A stretch of DNA of 64,000 bases from positions 159,402,001 through 159,466,000 of the forward strand of contig NC_043000.1 of assembly GCF_006345805.1 (NCBI RefSeq). Direction: 5' to 3'. Positions within the stretch are counted from its first letter, which is position 1. Each line of letters begins with the position of its first letter. This stretch comes from Octopus sinensis (Eukaryota). A program made the position numbers and the translations under genes. The notes under the pieces were generated by a model that saw only the letters and a list, made by a program, of their open reading frames with translations, did not search any database and had not been told where the DNA came from. Of this stretch, positions 62,191 to 64,000 are shown piece by piece.

Positions 62191-62591
62191 CTTTATATAT
62201 AAAAGTAAGGTTGTGTGCTGTCTGTCTCCTACGATTTAGATTCCTAACTACTCCCACATTTTTGCGGTGCAGTTTAACCAAAACCGGGTATCTTATAGTC
62301 GTGATTCATATCGAGCCCTTCTGGGTATTAGCGCGCGTCTACGATGAGTCTACGATTTTAAAAAGAATTTACCGTCAATTTTTCCCATTTTTAATGCATT
62401 TTTGGCATATATAAGGGAAGTAACTCTCTAAAAATTTATTATTAAATCTCAGAACGTAAAAAGCTACAGTAACACACACCCACCCCTTTGTGGTTAGCCA
62501 TATTGAGATGGCTATTATACTTTACATCTCTAAAAATGCTTATATAGTTATTTCCCTTACAAACCCGAGCAACGCCGGGCGATACTGCTAG
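62190..62591 (+). mobile_element. Non-autonomous Helitron, canonical ends
   Basis: A|TCTTTATATATAAAAG 5' end; 3' hairpin CCCGAGCAACGCCGGG (62564-79) then CTAG|T (62588-92). Confidence 0.9.
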
Positions 62592-62635
<44 letters not shown>

Positions 62636-63259
62636 TCTGGACATCGTTACTAGTCTTGTTAGAAATAACGTCTAAATTTCCCTGAAATCGAACCCGATCG
62701 TTTCAAAATATTGTTGGATTGCCATGACTGGAACGTCTGAACTGTTTAATTCCAGTTCAGTCAGAACAGAACTGGAATTAAACAACAACGACTAGGCATT
62801 TCGTCGTCAACTCACGTGCTGTCATGTTTAGTCACTTATTTCTCTTGCTCGTCTGGCAAAAGGGGCAGTCCTCATGGTCACTGCAGGTATTCATAGATCC
62901 ATGAGATAGATGTCATTAATATTTGTGCTCAATCCCTCTAAAATGAATTTCGTGGGAAACATACGATCATGGAGGGAATTTAAGAGAGTCGACGATCTAG
63001 AGAAGAAAGACATGGCGTAGCGATTAGCGATGAGTCCTGATAGTTGGACACAAGGGTGATGACCCTAATTTAATCGACTGAATTAGTGACCATAAGCGTG
63101 ATATATCAGTCTGTGTTTCTTAAAATTTTCCTCCAAAAATCAGTCGAACGGTGTATGGTTATGATTTCGCATGCATATGAAGTTCACTGTCTTTATAATA
63201 TTCCACAACATTATCTATCTTTAATATCTAACTGTAGAACACTTCCTTATGCATGATGC

Positions 63260-64000
63260 AGTGGACATTTTATAATTGATGGTCAGAGCTCACGGTAGAT
63301 TTTCTATTATACTTTTTGACACGCCGATTTTTCAAACATTTCATTTGCGGTGCTCCATCTGTAGCGAGACTCACATTTTGTGTCAAGTTAACATTTACCT
63401 TTACTTTTGTCACTCCTTGTTGATGGTGTCTTCATAATTACCGGCTCTTTACATTTTAAGTTCCGATTTCACCGAGGTCGACTCAGCTTTTCATCTATTC
63501 AGGGTCAATAAGGACCAGTTGAATACTGGGGTCTATGAAATCAACTAGATCCTATCACAAATTTCGGTCCTTGTGTAAAAATTAGAAGATTATTACCAGT
63601 TCCTCAATTTTTCTGCTACATGTATATTTTCAGTGCCACATCATTTATATTTATATGTCCATCAATTGCGACAGGAAATACTGCAAAAAACTTAACTTTG
63701 CTTTTGAGTAGAGTTACCTATTAATTCATCAACTTACTGAACGTCACGTGTTTGCAAATGCTTTAAGGATTAGCGAGGAAATATCGTTTGCGGTCATCAA
63801 TATACATTTGTTTATAAAGTTCACATCTGGGAGAAAAAAACTGCTTCGATGCGCAAGCTATTTCAAAGGCAATCGTGTATCTTGAATTAACTGCATGCAG
63901 CATCACCTATGAAAGAACACATCAAAATAGTGACTGCCAAAACATTCGAAATTTTTATTCACGTATTTCTCCACAATATTTATCATACTTCGAAGCATAA
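63260..64000 (-). pseudogene. Decayed hAT transposase (GTF2IRD2/SPIN-like), interrupted by a SINE B at ~63440-63590
   Basis: Minus: YTIAFEIACASKQF, CILMTANDI, LKAFAN, VAIDGHININDVA (~AIDESTDINDVA), VSLATDGAPQM. Confidence 0.7.

Overview
AT-rich, microsatellite-dense eukaryotic DNA with no bacterial-style genes and no complete protein-coding gene that I can recognise. The repeat repertoire looks like an Octopus genome (my inference from recognising the SINE/LINE families, not from a search). The window is mostly tRNA-derived SINEs (at least five families), decayed LINEs (Dong/R4, RTE, CR1/L2-like, L1/Tx1), DNA-transposon relics (mariner, hAT, Helitron/Helentron, foldback MITE) and Penelope-like terminal-repeat relics carrying hammerhead ribozyme cores. 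Almost all ORFs in the supplied track are microsatellite or TE artefacts. Most interesting observations: (1) two SINE pentamers, each inside a single target-site duplication that begins with GGTA, the same motif at which the SINE joins to itself, which suggests self-targeting or template-jump multimerisation; (2) a (TAA)n-targeting Dong/R4 LINE with a non-coding ~550-bp partner element and a chimera of the two; (3) a divergent pair of type I hammerhead cassettes plus other hammerhead relics; (4) a duplicated TATA + signal-peptide first-exon module on the minus strand, with a strong CAG|GTAAGT recursive-splice-like site downstream. Gene-model claims are low-confidence and need RNA-seq. Coordinates of decayed elements are approximate.
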